This document shows, piece after piece, positions 1 to 15,009 of a stretch of DNA of 64,000 nt. The DNA lies in assembly GCF_009914755.1 (NCBI RefSeq), contig NC_060927.1; one strand, 5' to 3'. The stretch comes from the human T2T-CHM13v2.0 reference genome, Homo sapiens. Position 1 is the first letter of the stretch. Each line of letters starts with the position of its first letter. Made by a program: the position numbers and the translations under genes. The notes below the pieces were generated by a model. The model made no database searches, was not told where the DNA came from, and saw only the letters and a list, made by a program, of their open reading frames with translations.

Positions 1-35
1 AATTTTTATTAATGGCAAAAAGAGTGACTCCAAGT

Positions 36-117
36 CCTTCTTTCCTTCCTTTCTTTCCTTTCTCTTCTTTCTTTCTTTTCTTTCTTTCTTTTCTTCCCTC
101 CTTCCTTCCTTTCTTTT

Positions 118-177
<60 letters not shown>

Positions 178-214
178 TCCTTCTTTCCTTCTTTCTTTCC
201 TTCTTTCTTCCTTC

Positions 215-257
<43 letters not shown>

Positions 258-295
258 TTTCTTTCTTTCTTTCTTTCTTTCTTTTTCTTTCCCTG
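36..295. repeat. (TTTC)n/(TTCC)n polypyrimidine microsatellite; expanded tail of the adjacent minus-strand Alu
   Basis: ~260 bp almost purely C/T in TTTC/TTCC units, directly abutting the Alu 3' end. Confidence 0.95.
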
Positions 296-2548
<2,253 letters not shown>

Positions 2549-2574
2549 CTTAGCTATTTTGCTTTACTGCTTTC

Positions 2575-2710
2575 CCAGGCCTCAGTTCACTCCTCTGCAA
2601 AGTGGAGATGTTAATTTCTGCATTGCAAGGCGATTGGGAAGTTCAAATGGGCTGATACGGTAAAAATTCTGACATAGTGCTTGAGCACAGTAAATGCTGA
2701 AAAATGTTGG
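2575..2710 (+). mobile_element. MIR SINE
   Basis: cctcagttcactcctctgcaaagtggagat...gcacagtaaatgctgaaaaatgttgg MIR core and 3' end. Confidence 0.7.
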
Positions 2711-3019
2711 TTCTTTTATACCTTGTCAGAATGCAAAACCCTGCATTTTAAACTGAACCTTTCCTATAGATTTCCCTCTGTCACTTTTGGAAATCCACCA
2801 TAACATCCTGGTCAGCAGTGAATATGACCTTTATCCTCTTCTCTCTTTGAAGTAGTCTCAAAAGTAATGGCTTCAGCATCTGTCTTCAGTATCAATCACC
2901 ATAACAAAATGTGGGCATAAATTCCAGTCATTATCCTGCTGGACTTCCACAAGTCACAATCTCCAGACAGAATTCTTCCTCTCTAGGTTTGATTCTTTCC
3001 AAAGTTATCTGAAACCCAA

Positions 3020-3535
3020 TCTATTAGTTAGGAATGTTTTCATTGGCAAGTGACAGAAAATTTGGCTAATGGTAGCTTAGACAAATAGGGACTTATTTCA
3101 TTCATGCAACAAAAAGATTGGAGGTGGTTTCTGGTGTTGGTTCAGCTGGTTAGCAATATGACCAGAATAAGAAAGAACTTCTCTTTTTCTGGTTTGCAAT
3201 ATTTAGTCTGATGACTTTCACCATGGAGCTTGTTTTCTCAAGGTTAGAAGATGGCTGCCAGGGCTCCAGACAACACAACACCTTAAGTTAGGAAGAAAGA
3301 TGTGGGAGAAATGGAAGCTTTCTTAGAACACCTTGCCACTCAACAGACTCCACTTCTTTCACACTGTCCAGAATAGGCTCACATGGCCACTCCTAGCTGC
3401 AAGGGAGTCTGGGAATGCAGGGAACAGGATTATTGTAATCCATTACTCAGGGCTGGACACATTCTCACCCTACACAAAGCCAGGACTCTATTAACAAAGA
3501 AGATGTGAAGAATGGATAGGTAGTTAGTGGACAGT
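3020..3535. mobile_element. MLT1-type MaLR LTR, old
   Basis: attagttaggaatg...tggcaagtgacagaaaa...aagatggctgcc...cacatggccactcctagctgcaagggagtctgggaatg. Confidence 0.65.
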
Positions 3536-4267
3536 GTATTTTACATTTAGTTTTCATAGCTGAAAGTAGAGATAATAATGAGATTATTGTGGGGATTAAA
3601 TGAGGTGATGTATAGAAGGTGCTTAGCACTATGCCTGGCCCATGTTAAGTACTGAATAAATGGAAAATATAATTTTTATTACAGATATCTTCCTTGAAAA
3701 TACACAAGGAATTCCTTCACTGTCCAAAGAACCCATTTGATCCTCAGTGAAATTAGCTCCTCACTCTGTGCATGAAATCTTTCCAACACTCTCCTCCATC
3801 CCTGACCACAAGGTGTTGCTCCAGCAGATGTGGGAGATAATTCATTGTGTTCAAGGGGGTGGTGCTGTGGTAGAGAACAGGGCAGACAAGGCTCCTGCCC
3901 TTGTGGGCAACAGGTAATAAATACGCAAGCATGCAGATAAACAGGGGTGAATATAATTAGTGATGAGGCTATGCAGGAAATACACTGGGTGAGCAGCTGT
4001 AGCCACTGGAGGAAGACTCTGTGACCAGAAATCCTGGGAAGGCCTCTCTGAGGACACACTGATTGAACTGAATCTTGAGGGATAAGCGGGTGCCTCCAAG
4101 GGAAGCCAAGAAAACAGCAACAGCAAAGACCTAGAGCTGTTATGAGGGTGGGTGCTCATGAAGAGGCTAGAAGGGGGTCAGATGGCCAGGAGCCTAACAA
4201 GAGTGGAGGAAGAGGAGGTATGAAATGTTGCAGAAAAGGACTAAGAGATGCAGTTTTGGAGGCCATG

Positions 4268-4626
4268 TGATATGGTTTGGCTGTGTCCCCACCCAAATCT
4301 CATCTTGAATTGCAGCTCCCATAATTCCCACGTATTGTGGGAAGGACCCAGTGGGAGATAATTGAATCATGGGGGCGGGTCTTTCCTGTGCTATTGTCAT
4401 GACAGTAAATAAACCTCATGAGATCTGATGGTTTTATAAAAGGGAGTTTCCCTGCACAAGCTCTCTTATCTTGTCTGCCACCATGTAAGATGTGTCTTTT
4501 ACTTTCTGCCATGATTGTGAGGCCTCCTCAGCCACATGGAACTGTGAGTCCATTAAACCTTTTTCTTTTGTAAATTGCCCAGTCTTGGGTATGTCTTTAT
4601 CAGCAGCATGAAAATGAACTAATACA
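4268..4626 (+). mobile_element. THE1-type MaLR solo LTR inserted in L2
   Basis: TG...CA ends (tgatatggtttggctgtgtccccacccaaatctc...aactaataca); perfect 5-bp TSD CCATG at 4263-4267 and 4627-4631. Confidence 0.93.
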
Positions 4627-4739
4627 CCATGGTAAGGAGTTTAGATTGTGTTTCAAGTGCAACATGGAGCCATCAATTAATTTTTAGCATAGGACAGATA
4701 CGAGCTGATTTAAATTTTCAGATGGTCATTTTTACTGCT

Positions 4740-5835
4740 AATTCATTCATTCAACCACTATTTAATGAGTGCCAGGCAAAGTGCTAAGCACCAGGAAGAG
4801 AAATAAGATAGTGAGCAAAACAGAAAAATCTCTGCCCTTGTGAGTGATCAACCATCCCAGTTTTCCAGGAATTTCCTGGGACATAGTAATTTCAGTGCTA
4901 AAATAGGGACAGCCGTGGGCAAACTAGGGTGGTCACCCAACATGGAGCGTACATTATCTCTACTAGACACAGAAAATAAGCAGAATAAACAAGTAAATTG
5001 TATCATACGTTTGACAGTGATAAGTATGGGGATCTGAAAGTTTGAGTCAGGGGTGATGTTTTAGATAAGGTGACTAGGGGAAGTTTTCCTCAGAAAGAGC
5101 ACTAGCAGTACAAATATTTGGGGGAAGAGCACTTCTGGGAGAGGGAACAGTCAATGCAAAGTCTCTGGGGCCAGTGTGTGCCTGCTGATGTTTGCAGAGC
5201 CGTAAGGAGGGCAGTGTGGCTGGAGCAAACCATGTGGGGGCCAGAGTATTAGGGAGGAAGTCAGAGAGGTAGGGGACCAAAGACAGGTTATGTAGGGCCT
5301 TGCAGAGCACCATAAGGACTTCAAATTTTCTCCGAGATGGCAGCTGTCAGAGGTTTGGAGCAGAGAAGTGACATGGCTTGACCTTTCACTCACGAGTATT
5401 GCTCTGGCTGTGTTGAGAAAAGCATGAAGGAAGCAAGTGCAGAAGCAAAGGGAGCAGTCAAGAAACTACAGCAGCCACCTGTAGGTGGGAGAGGTGCTGG
5501 GGACTTGGCCAGGGAGAAGCACATTCTGAAGGCAACATCATCTGTGTGGGTTGAACGTGGTGTGGATGGTGAGGGAGACGGTGGGTGAAAGGGGATCCTT
5601 TGCCTCTGGTTTGAGCAAGTGGGTAGAAGGAAGGGCCACTGATGAGATCAGGCTTGGGTTAGGGGTAGGGAAACAAGACTTCTATTTGAAGAAGTGTGTG
5701 AGATGTGCAAGTGGAGATATTGGAGGAAGAGAGTGCTGTGGGAACTCGGGACTGCTTGGAACTTAAGGGACAGCTGTGGACTGGAATGTAAGTTAGGGAA
5801 TCCTTAGCAAATGCATGGTATTTAAAGCCATGGGG
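4740..5835 (-). mobile_element. L2 LINE 3' region with a small hAT MITE (MER81-like, ~4842-4938) inside
   Basis: attcattcattcaac...tatttaatgagtgcc L2 tail; later ggggaagagc...ggaacag...tgcaaag L2 motifs; MITE has gtgatcaacc...ggtcaccc inverted ends. Confidence 0.7.
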
Positions 5836-6434
5836 ATGGGGAATGTAGAGAAGACAGACTGAAATATTGCTCCCAATTCTTTGCTCCCTGATAATACATA
5901 CCTTTGCCACTATTTCGTGATGGATGGAGTGAACATTACCCTCTTTGACTTTGGATTGGGCCAAGTGACTTATTCAGCCAATAGGATGTTAGCAGATGTG
6001 ACACTTGTGTAGTTTGGCTTGGCAGTTCATGCCTCTGACAAATCTTTCCTTTTCTTATTCAAGGTCTTCAAATTCTGTCCTTCGGCCCTTGCTAGACAAG
6101 GCGAGGGGATGAGAATAGTGCTTTGTGTCAAATAGTGATAACAGGGGTGCACAGCATTTCAGCGGGCCTGGAACACTTTTCTCATTTAGTCCTAATGAGC
6201 TCATGCTGTAGGTAGTCTTACACTAGTTTTACTGAGAAGGCAACCAAGGTTCAAAGAGAAAAAGAGTCTTGCACCAGGTCCCACAGCTGGCAGGAGATGG
6301 AAACCTAGGCCTTCTTGGGGCCAAGCAGGAACAGAAAAGCAAACACTGCTATCTGGGAACAGGGTGGAAGGGAGACTTGTTTTTCACTGAATAGCCATTT
6401 GTTCCTTTTGAATTCTGTAACAGGTATATGTGTT

Positions 6435-6439
6435 ACACA

Positions 6440-6477
<38 letters not shown>

Positions 6478-6498
6478 AAGAGGAGAGAGAGAGAGAGA
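6435..6498. repeat. (CA)n followed by (GA)n microsatellite
   Basis: Direct inspection. Confidence 0.9.
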
Positions 6499-7539
6499 AG
6501 GAATAATATGTGATATTTACAAATATAGAGAAAGAACCCATCTGCGAACTGAAGGGTATGGTGAAAGGGAAGCAGAGAAGCACATTTTCCCCCCGTTTTT
6601 CCAGTTCTGTCCAAGAGTGGAGATCTGAGGTACAATATACTACCCACTTTCCAGTTCTGATTTCCAGTTGTGATTTCATCCTCACCAGGCCTCCCTTTGG
6701 ATAGAGAATTATGGGCTGGAAGCACCAAGAGTTCTAAGGAGGAGAGCCCCAGTCTGCACGGAACTCTGCCCAGCCTTGTTAGAGTGTGCTTCTTGGGATC
6801 TGGAGCCTCTGGGGTGCTGGCACTCCCGTTCTTGGCGGCAGGGTCAAGAAACTGAGCAGGAGTTGGGGCTACTGCCCCAGGTAACCCCACTGAGGTGTCC
6901 GTCTGGAGAAGCTTTACCTGAGATACCAGCCCCAAATCTCCCACGTTGAGCCCTGACAGTTCTCTTTGCATGGAAATGGCTGTTAGTAATAGCTCAAATT
7001 GAGTGTGGGTCTCTTTTGTTTTAAATCCACAGAGAGATAAAGTTCACAGCTGTCCATAGCTCCTCCCATCTTTTTGCCTTGGCTTTCCCATCTATAAAAA
7101 GATGTGATGTGCTTGTTGTTTGTGTGTATGGGCGGGGGGGTGGGGGGGCGGCGGGGAGGGGAGGGCACAGTGAGATGAAGGAAAGGTTCTCAAACAGGCT
7201 GGGGAGATAGATACCTAGGAAGGAGGGAGGATTCGAATCTGCGGATCAAGGTTGTAGTTTGAAAGGCAAGCTCCACAATGACCATAGCTTTGTTTTATTT
7301 TCTTTTCGGTCGGGATATATTAAAACATTTTTAACTTTCCACTGACATGAAAGGAGGGTGTGTGATATTCAACAAATATGGGTACAGACTTCTGGGGGCA
7401 GCAGGCTGGCTGGTAGGACTTGAAAGGGCTGCATTTGCCATTTCAGAAAAGAGAAACTCTTCTTTCAACCCAGCATCCCAAGAGGCCCGGACAATGGGTA
7501 TAAATTCGGAGGATCAGACGTGCAGGCAGACAAAACCAA

Positions 7540-8350
7540 CATCTGCATTTGAAACGGGCTCCCGGGGCTCTTCAAGGAGGCGAGCGGCCGCTGCAGGGCT
7601 CCTCTAGGCCAGATTACATCCCAGAACGCCCAGGCAGGACGCTCCGGCTCAGATTGTGAACCCTGGGACTCTGCGTCCAGGAGGGGCCCCTAAACCCTGC
7701 GCTAAAAGCCAGAGGTCCGGGGAGCAGGCGGATGCCCTCAGACTTGGCTATTTTGCTTAAGGTCACCTCCAAACGGGACTGGAATAAACCCTCCTTGTTT
7801 GCCTCTCGCCAGGCCTAAGCCCCGGGTCCCCTTGGGTGTCGTCCAGGACGCCAGGCGCGGCTGCTTACAATGGCTCTCAGACGACAGATGGCGGGCAGGA
7901 AGGGAGGGGGCGCCGGGCAGGTGCGCGGGGGAGACGCGCCGCGGCAGCGCCGGACGCCAGGCTGCAGGGTGAATAGATTTGCAGCCCGCCGGCTGCAGGC
8001 GGCGGCCGCCGAGCCCTGCAAACAATAAGTGAATTCTCCGAAGCGACTGAAACCCCCCGGGCTGGGCCACGCGCCAGCCGGGGAGGGCGGACCATTGTGC
8101 TGCGCAGGCTGAAGCTGGCCCATTCCGTTGCGCGCGGAGCCCCCAAGGGCCCTGGGCCCGTGTCGGGGGCCAAAACCGAGTGTGCGATCGGGTACACAGC
8201 AGACTTTAGAAAGAAGTGGCGTCTGGTGTTGACTGATGAGCTCAATATCATAAGCCACCCGGGTCTGGGAGACCCAAGCGGGGCAGGCACTTAGAGTCCT
8301 GAGTCGGAGTTGGGAGCGAGAGCTGCAGCCCTGCCCTGCCACTCGGCAGG
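7540..8350. promoter_or_regulatory. CpG island (orphan; promoter- or enhancer-like)
   Basis: Dense CpG and high GC against a CpG-depleted background; two GCGGCCGC sites (7584, 8002); no repeat origin apparent. Confidence 0.85.
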
Positions 8351-11168
8351 AGGGGTGGGGTGGGGGGCAGTCGGTGGGCTCCCTGAGCTGCTATGGAGAG
8401 GGCTCACCTTCACCACGTCCCTCTGGTTGTCAGGCTTTTACAACTACTGTGATGGGCTGTATCCCCTCTTTGTGCTTGATGTTTTATTTTAAACGAAATG
8501 AGTCAGAACTGGTAAGGCCGGTGGCCTGAAAGCAAGCCCTTTCTGATCATCCCTCTGGCCTGAAGCTTTCCTGAGGCCAGGAAGGCATTCTTGGGAGTCC
8601 TCAGTTAAGTGTAGTGTTGGGCCCTTAGGGAAATCATCTGCATCTTCTGGAGACATTGAGCAACTGGGCGAGTCCACTGCAGATGGAGGCAAGACCTCCC
8701 GGCACAAAGTGCCAGACTGTGTGTTGCTGAAGAGCCAATGGCAGCCCGAGTGACCAGGGCTGTGAATGTTGAAGGTCTGTGTGTGTCTGTGGCTTTGAGA
8801 AGAATAGGTGTGCTAGATGGGCCTTTAAGAAGTGCCACAGTGACCTTCCTCCCCTCACCCACACATTGTTGTGTAAATACTACACAACAAAGGAAACAAA
8901 CATGCGGGGCTCTTATTTGGGGAGTAATACCCTCTAGTAAAGGCAGATTGGGCTCCAGACCCTCGCTCACCCAGATGCCTTTATGGAGGGGTTGCCTCCT
9001 GCAAGGAATCCCTTATCGTGGCTGCAATTCCTGTCCTGCCTTTCTCTAATAGCCCCATGGCTTTGTGTCCTTGCAATTGCTCAGCCGGACTGTTTCTAAA
9101 ACATTATATGGTAACTCCTGCCTCCTTGTTTTTTTTAAATTATCTGTCTCTCTTCTGAGGTCTCTCCATGCCTATGCTATACATATGATATAGAGGTATG
9201 GCTTGTATAACCATGAAGAAGTCATTAAAACCAGTCATTTAACTAGTTTAATCATGATTATCATTCCTCCTTTTTTTCTTTAAAGCGATGCGTCACACCC
9301 TGTTAGGAGAAGATTCTGGTAACTCTGCTGTGAAGAGTAATAGAACACCAGAGTTGGAAGGGAAATTTCACATTTTTCTGGTGCAGTGTTTTCAGACTTT
9401 GTCATTCAAACATCACCTTTGTGAGTTCTGTAACATCAGGTACCACCTGTAATATTATTAATACTTTTCCATAAATCCAATTTTATACGTAAATTTCATT
9501 TTTAAAAAGTCACTTTAGAGGTGATTCTGGGGACATGGTAACTGGAATATGGTTTCCTTTCTTTCCACTTCCAAATGAATTTCTGTTCCTCTCAAGATAA
9601 ACGGTTGTCGGAAACAGTAGAAAGAACAGAACTGGTAGTTCTTCCCCATCAGATCTGCAAATACTGAGGAGTCTCAAAGTAAAGTCTGAGAAGTGAGTGC
9701 TGGAGAGAGCTTGGACCCCAGAGACCAATGGAAGGTTAACATTGCACTAGATGAAGATACCTGGTCCCCTGCGCCCCATCCCAGAACTAAGAAGTTGTTG
9801 AACCAGGGGGCTAAGTTCCCTAGTTCCTGAGGTTGGGAGACCCTACAGAGCCCAGGTCAGAGAAGCCTTTTCCAGGTGCCTGCACAGGAGATGGGCAGTA
9901 TCCCCGCATCTCTACATAGGACGGAGCTTTTCCCCTCCTTTTCCTCAATAGAACATCTGTCCTTTAGGGTGTTCCCATCCTCAGACCTGAACCCAGTGAG
10001 CTGGCAAAGAGAGGGCAGTCAGAAGGGACAAGCAAAACACACACCCAGTGACACAGTGGCTGAAAGAGACAGATGACAACATGAATTTAAAAAACAATTT
10101 TAAAAAGCCCCTGTAGATATGTAAATAGAGAAAAAAAAAAGACTTTACGAAGCTGTAAAAAAAATGTGATTTCCCAACTAAACAACTCATCAGATGACTT
10201 GAAAGAGAAAACGGTCACTACAATTGAGAGAGATGATTGGGATGGGAAATCAAGGTCAGCACTCAAGGGCACCTTAAAGCACAGAACAAAGATACAGAGA
10301 TGTAAATTAGGGAAAAGATCAGTCTAGCAGGGTAGATCTAATGACCCAACATGCATGAATGGTAAGACTTCCAAAGGAGAAAAAGGAAGACATGAAAGAA
10401 ATAATAAGCATAACAATAATTTTTAAAACCACCATTGTCCTGAGGCAAAGAAAGATGTGAGACTAAAGATGGGAGATTGAAAGAACTTGTTGATTTTCAG
10501 GCTGAATGGATAAGAAATGACCTAGACCTATTTCTAAACTCTAAGGATAAAGAGAAAACTGTTACAACATCCAGATAATTACTTTAACTTACCTAAAAAG
10601 AGAAAAGAATCAGACTGGCGTTAGACTTCCCTTCCAGTACTAGAAACTAGAGACCAGTGAAATAGACTCTATAGGACCACACCTGATCAAGTGATTCACT
10701 TGTTACGGAAAAAGAAAAATATTGAGGCTAATGTTATTTCATGAAAATATTCAAGAAAAGGTGTTCCCCCAGAATAAATGAACCAACCGAGAATAAACTG
10801 GAAAAGTAGAATGGAATTTTCAAATTAACAAGGGGAAAAATAGAAGCCAGCAAAAATAAGAAAAAGCAAAAAGAGGGAAGAAAACAATTACTGCCCATCC
10901 TTATTATTCTAGGATTCTGCATTTGTGAATACACCTACTCACTAAATTTTATTTGTAACCCTAAAAATCAATACTTGGAGAGCACTCATGATCATTTGTG
11001 GACATACACAAGAGCAGCGAAAAATTTGAGTCACTCAACAGGCACTTTCCCAGCTGAGGTTGAACAAGGCAATGCTCCACCTTCTTGTTTCACTTCTCAT
11101 GCTGTAAATGACAGTTCTTTTCTCAGACTGCTTAGTGTCATCTTTGTGTGTTTTTTGCTGGTGACTTC

Positions 11169-11710
11169 TGTGAAAATTGATTATATAAACTGAGTCACTC
11201 TTGTCATATGCAACTATTAGGTTGGTGCAAAAATAATTGCTGTTTTTGCCATCACTTTTAATGGCTAAAGCAGCAATTACTTTTGCACCAACTTAATACA
11301 TCAGCGTTGAGGGGCTGGGGGGAAAAGCACTAATAATTGCACATAGCACCAGCTCTAATAGTTGAATTTGCTGCAAGTCCAGTTGCTGAAATAGCCTGTA
11401 GTAACTCTAAGACGAGTTTTACCTAGTAGCTGCTGAAACAACCTGTCTTGACTCAAAGATTTGTTTTATCTGCCTCCTTCACTCACCCATCAGAGCTTGC
11501 CAGTTCCCAAAAGCTTCTCTAGCAATGAGCTGTTTTCAAAACAGTAGGTATCATGGCTTTTTCTAGTAAGACCCCCAAACTTCCGTTTGTTTTTCAGACA
11601 TACTGAAGGCCATCCCAGTCTGTGCGTATGCTCTGAATTGCAATTCTGTGCTTCCTAAATAAAACGCTGAATTTAAAGATTCATTGCTATGTTTTATTTT
11701 GACTTTCACA
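11169..11710 (+). mobile_element. ERV1/MER4-group solo LTR
   Basis: tgtgaaa...tttcaca inverted termini, aataaa near the 3' end (11658); interrupts the Tigger element cleanly. Confidence 0.7.
11217..11296. mobile_element. MADE1 (Hsmar1 mariner MITE)
   Basis: 80-bp near-palindrome ttaggttggtgcaaaa...ttttgcaccaacttaa flanked by TA on both sides. Confidence 0.92.
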
Positions 11711-12914
11711 TCTCCTTAAAAATGGCCCCCAAGTGTAGTGCTGAGGTGCTGTCTAGTGTTCCTGTGTGCAAGAGGCTGTGATGAGCCACGTGGAGAAAAC
11801 ACACATGTTAGACAAACTTTGTTCAGGCATATGTTGCAGTGCTGTTGGCTGTGAGTTCAATGTTAACAAGTCAATGATATATATTAAATAAGGTGTCTTT
11901 AAGCAGAAACACACCCACGACAAAGTTACGCATTAATTGGTTGATGAAATGTAACCCAGAGAGTCACAGAAACCTAACCCTCTATTTCTCCTAGGAGGAA
12001 TGGTTCAACATTCACTATTTAGCATTTTCAGTGACTCTGTAAAACAAAACCGCTGTGAATAATGACAAGCGGCTGTCTTAATACACATAAAGTAGGATGG
12101 AAGGAAGATTATTCAGTAAATTAACTACGTCCTTAAATGTGGCTGAACTAAATACTTCAGTTTTTTTAAGGCCTTATAATGTTTACAAGAAATATCTAAC
12201 ACGATGTGATGATAAAATGGTTAAAAATAAGAGTGTCTATAAAGAGGTATCTTTTTGATAACTTTTTTTAGACAAAAGAATGTAATAGACAATTAATCGG
12301 CAATATTAATCAGACAAGTTGGAATTTAAGGCTAAAAGCATAAAAAGATTAAGGAGGGAAATTGTGACATGAATAGAGCATAATAAACATAAACTGGTGT
12401 GCAACAGACAGCATAGCAAGCAGCTAAATAGATAAAAAAAGATACGACTACTAAGTGTGATAAAAACACAGATATATAGAGAGAATTTTAATACAATTCT
12501 CATAACTAAAGGGATCAGATTGAAAAATTGATAAGGCATTGTCAAAAAATTATCCAAAACTTAAAAATAAGGCAGACATTTGGTTATCATGTCTTTCCAA
12601 AGTCATATGGGGCACTGAGCCATCCAAAGGATATTTAGTGATTTAGGGTGAATGTACTTTAGTCAACCCATTCCTTATTATTGATTAAAGATCTTACACA
12701 TAGAATGGTTACATTTTAACCTGTATATTTTTGTCTAGTAAATATTCAAATAATTTCTGACTTGTAGAAAAGATAACCTTAAAGGTTAAGATTTATTGCC
12801 TTATAGAACATTAACCAGTTTTGTACCTAATCAGACAATCTTACTGCAACATTCCTTCATTAAATTTCCTTTAAATATCCAGTCCTCAAATTTCCTTTGA
12901 ATCATCTTTCTTTC

Positions 12915-13072
12915 TTTCTTTTTTTTGGAGATCAAGTCTTGCTCTGTCACCCAGGCTGGAGTTCAGTGGTGCAATCACAGCTCACTGCAGCCTTGAATTC
13001 CTAGGCTTAAGTGATCCTCCTGCTTTGGCCTCCAAGTAGCTGGGACTATAGGTATGTGCCACTACACCTGGC
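12915..13072 (-). mobile_element. Alu monomer (FRAM/AluJ half)
   Basis: tcttgctctgtcacccaggctgg...agctgggactataggtatgtgccactacacctggc; only one arm present. Confidence 0.85.
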
Positions 13073-13379
13073 TGTCATACTTTTAACTTTTTGAAAATTA
13101 TACTTATTCATAAAGAGGAATCAACTAATATATTCAATTCCTCAATTCAATAGCCAAACAGAATCTTCATTTTTTTGAGTAAATTGTATATATTCATGGA
13201 ACAATTGCAAAAACTTAGCTTGTACTTGATGAAAACTTTAACACATTTTATTAAGTACCTGTTTTATGAACTACATTCTCTGATCATAATTCAATAAAAT
13301 CAGTCATAAGTAGTTAAGGGGTGACCAAAAAATCAAATCCATCAGAAAATTAGGAAACATGCTCTTTGAAAACGTTTGT

Positions 13380-14250
13380 ATGTCATCAGGGAACTGCAAA
13401 TTAAAACAGCTACAAGGTAACTGTTAGAAAGGCCAAAATCCAGAACACCGACAACACAAATACTGGTGAGGATGTGGACTAACAGGAACTCTCTTATTCA
13501 TTGCTGGCAGGAATGGAAAATGGTACAGCTACTTTGGAAGAATTTGGCGGTTTCTCAAAAAACTAAACATACTCTTGCCATACAATTCAGTAACTTAGTA
13601 TTTACCCAGATGAGTTAAAAACTTCTGTGCACTCAAGAACTGCCACATGGATGTTTATAGCAGCTTTATTCATGATTGATAAAATTCGAGAGCAAACAAC
13701 TTGTCCTTCAGTAGGTGAATGCATAAATAAACTGTGATACATCCAGAAAGTGGAATACTATTCATGCTAAAAATAAATGACCCATTAAGCCAAGAAAACA
13801 CATGAAAGAATCTTAAATGCATATTTCTAAGTGAAAGAAGGCCATCTGAAAAGACTAAGTACTGTATGATTCCAATTATTTGGCGTTCTAGAAAGGCAAA
13901 ACTGGAGACAATGAAAAGACCAGTGGTTCCTAGGGGTTGAGGGGAGGGAGGGATGAATAGGCAGAGTACAGAGGATTTTTAGGGCAGTGAACTATTGTGT
14001 ATGACACCATAATGGTGATGCATGTCATTACACATTTGTCCAAACTCATAGAATATACAACACCAAGAGTGAACCCTAATGTAAACTAGGGACTTTGGAT
14101 GATAATGATGTGTCAATGTGGGTTCAGAGATTGTAACAAATGTAGCACTTTGGTGTGGGATGTTGACAGTGGTGGAGACAGCCTTGGCGGGGCAGGGATG
14201 GGATGGAGCAGAGGGTATATAGGGACTCTGTACTGTTCTCTCAATTTTTA
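13380..14250 (+). mobile_element. L1 3' end (L1MB/MC-type 3' UTR)
   Basis: actggtgaggatgtggac...gtgaaagaag...tactgtatgattcc...gtgaaccctaatgtaaact...ctctgtact. Confidence 0.8.
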
Positions 14251-14477
14251 TCTGCAATTTATATATATATATATATATATATTTTTTTACCCAATATTTC
14301 CAATATTTGTTGTGTGTATATATATGTATGTATATATATATTATATATACCCAAAAAATGAAGACTCTATTTGGCTATTGAATTGAGGTAATTAAATATA
14401 TTAGTTGATTCCTCTTCATGAATAAGTATAATTTTCAAAAAGTTAAAAGTATGACAACCAGGTGTAGTGGCTCATAC

Positions 14478-14480
<3 letters not shown>

Positions 14481-14517
<37 letters not shown>
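14481..14517. repeat. (CA)n microsatellite
   Basis: Direct inspection. Confidence 0.95.
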
Positions 14518-14520
<3 letters not shown>

Positions 14521-15009
14521 TAATGGGTAAAAACAATTGAAAGTTATATTATAAACTATCTAGAGTGCAATGATCTATTTCAATCATACCAAAACCAGTA
14601 GAACACAATGAAAGCTTCACTTACAGGAAATTTTATAACTTAAAGTGCCTTCATTATTTAAGAAGAAAAATGAAAAATAAAGGAACTAAATATTAATGTT
14701 ATTAATTAGAAAAGCAAAATAAACCAAGAGAAATAAAAAACTGGATCTTAGTTGTAAAGAGAAAAGAAACAAGAAAAAGGGAATTAAAAAAGATCAAAAT
14801 TGAAATCAGTAAAGTAGAAACAAACAAAAAAATGATCAAAGGACAAAGAAACTTCAGAATGGGTTTTTTGAAAACGTGAATGAAATAAATCTTTTCACAA
14901 ACTTGATCTTAATCCTTAGACCAAAGGAAGGAGAGTGCAAAACCATGACTAGAAAGGAGAAAGGAAACATAACTGCAGATGAGATTAAAATAATTATAAA
15001 GAATATTGG

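Larger units (their letters stand above)
10891..12075. mobile_element. Tigger-family DNA transposon (MER82-like), split by an LTR
   Basis: ctgcccatccttattattc...gaataatgacaagcggctg degenerate TIRs; internal aaaatggcccccaag...gagttcaatgttaa transposase-start relic. Confidence 0.7.

Noticed and set aside
6384-6971. 195-aa minus-strand ORF
   Set aside because: Runs through (GA)n/(CA)n repeats and shows no homology or splice context.
7815-8342. 175-aa minus-strand ORF and overlapping ORFs in the CpG island; a faint ECAIGY..W likeness to profilin in 8097-8294
   Set aside because: Stop codons are rare in GC-rich DNA; composition is P/A/R/G-biased, starts are non-ATG, and the profilin likeness does not extend.
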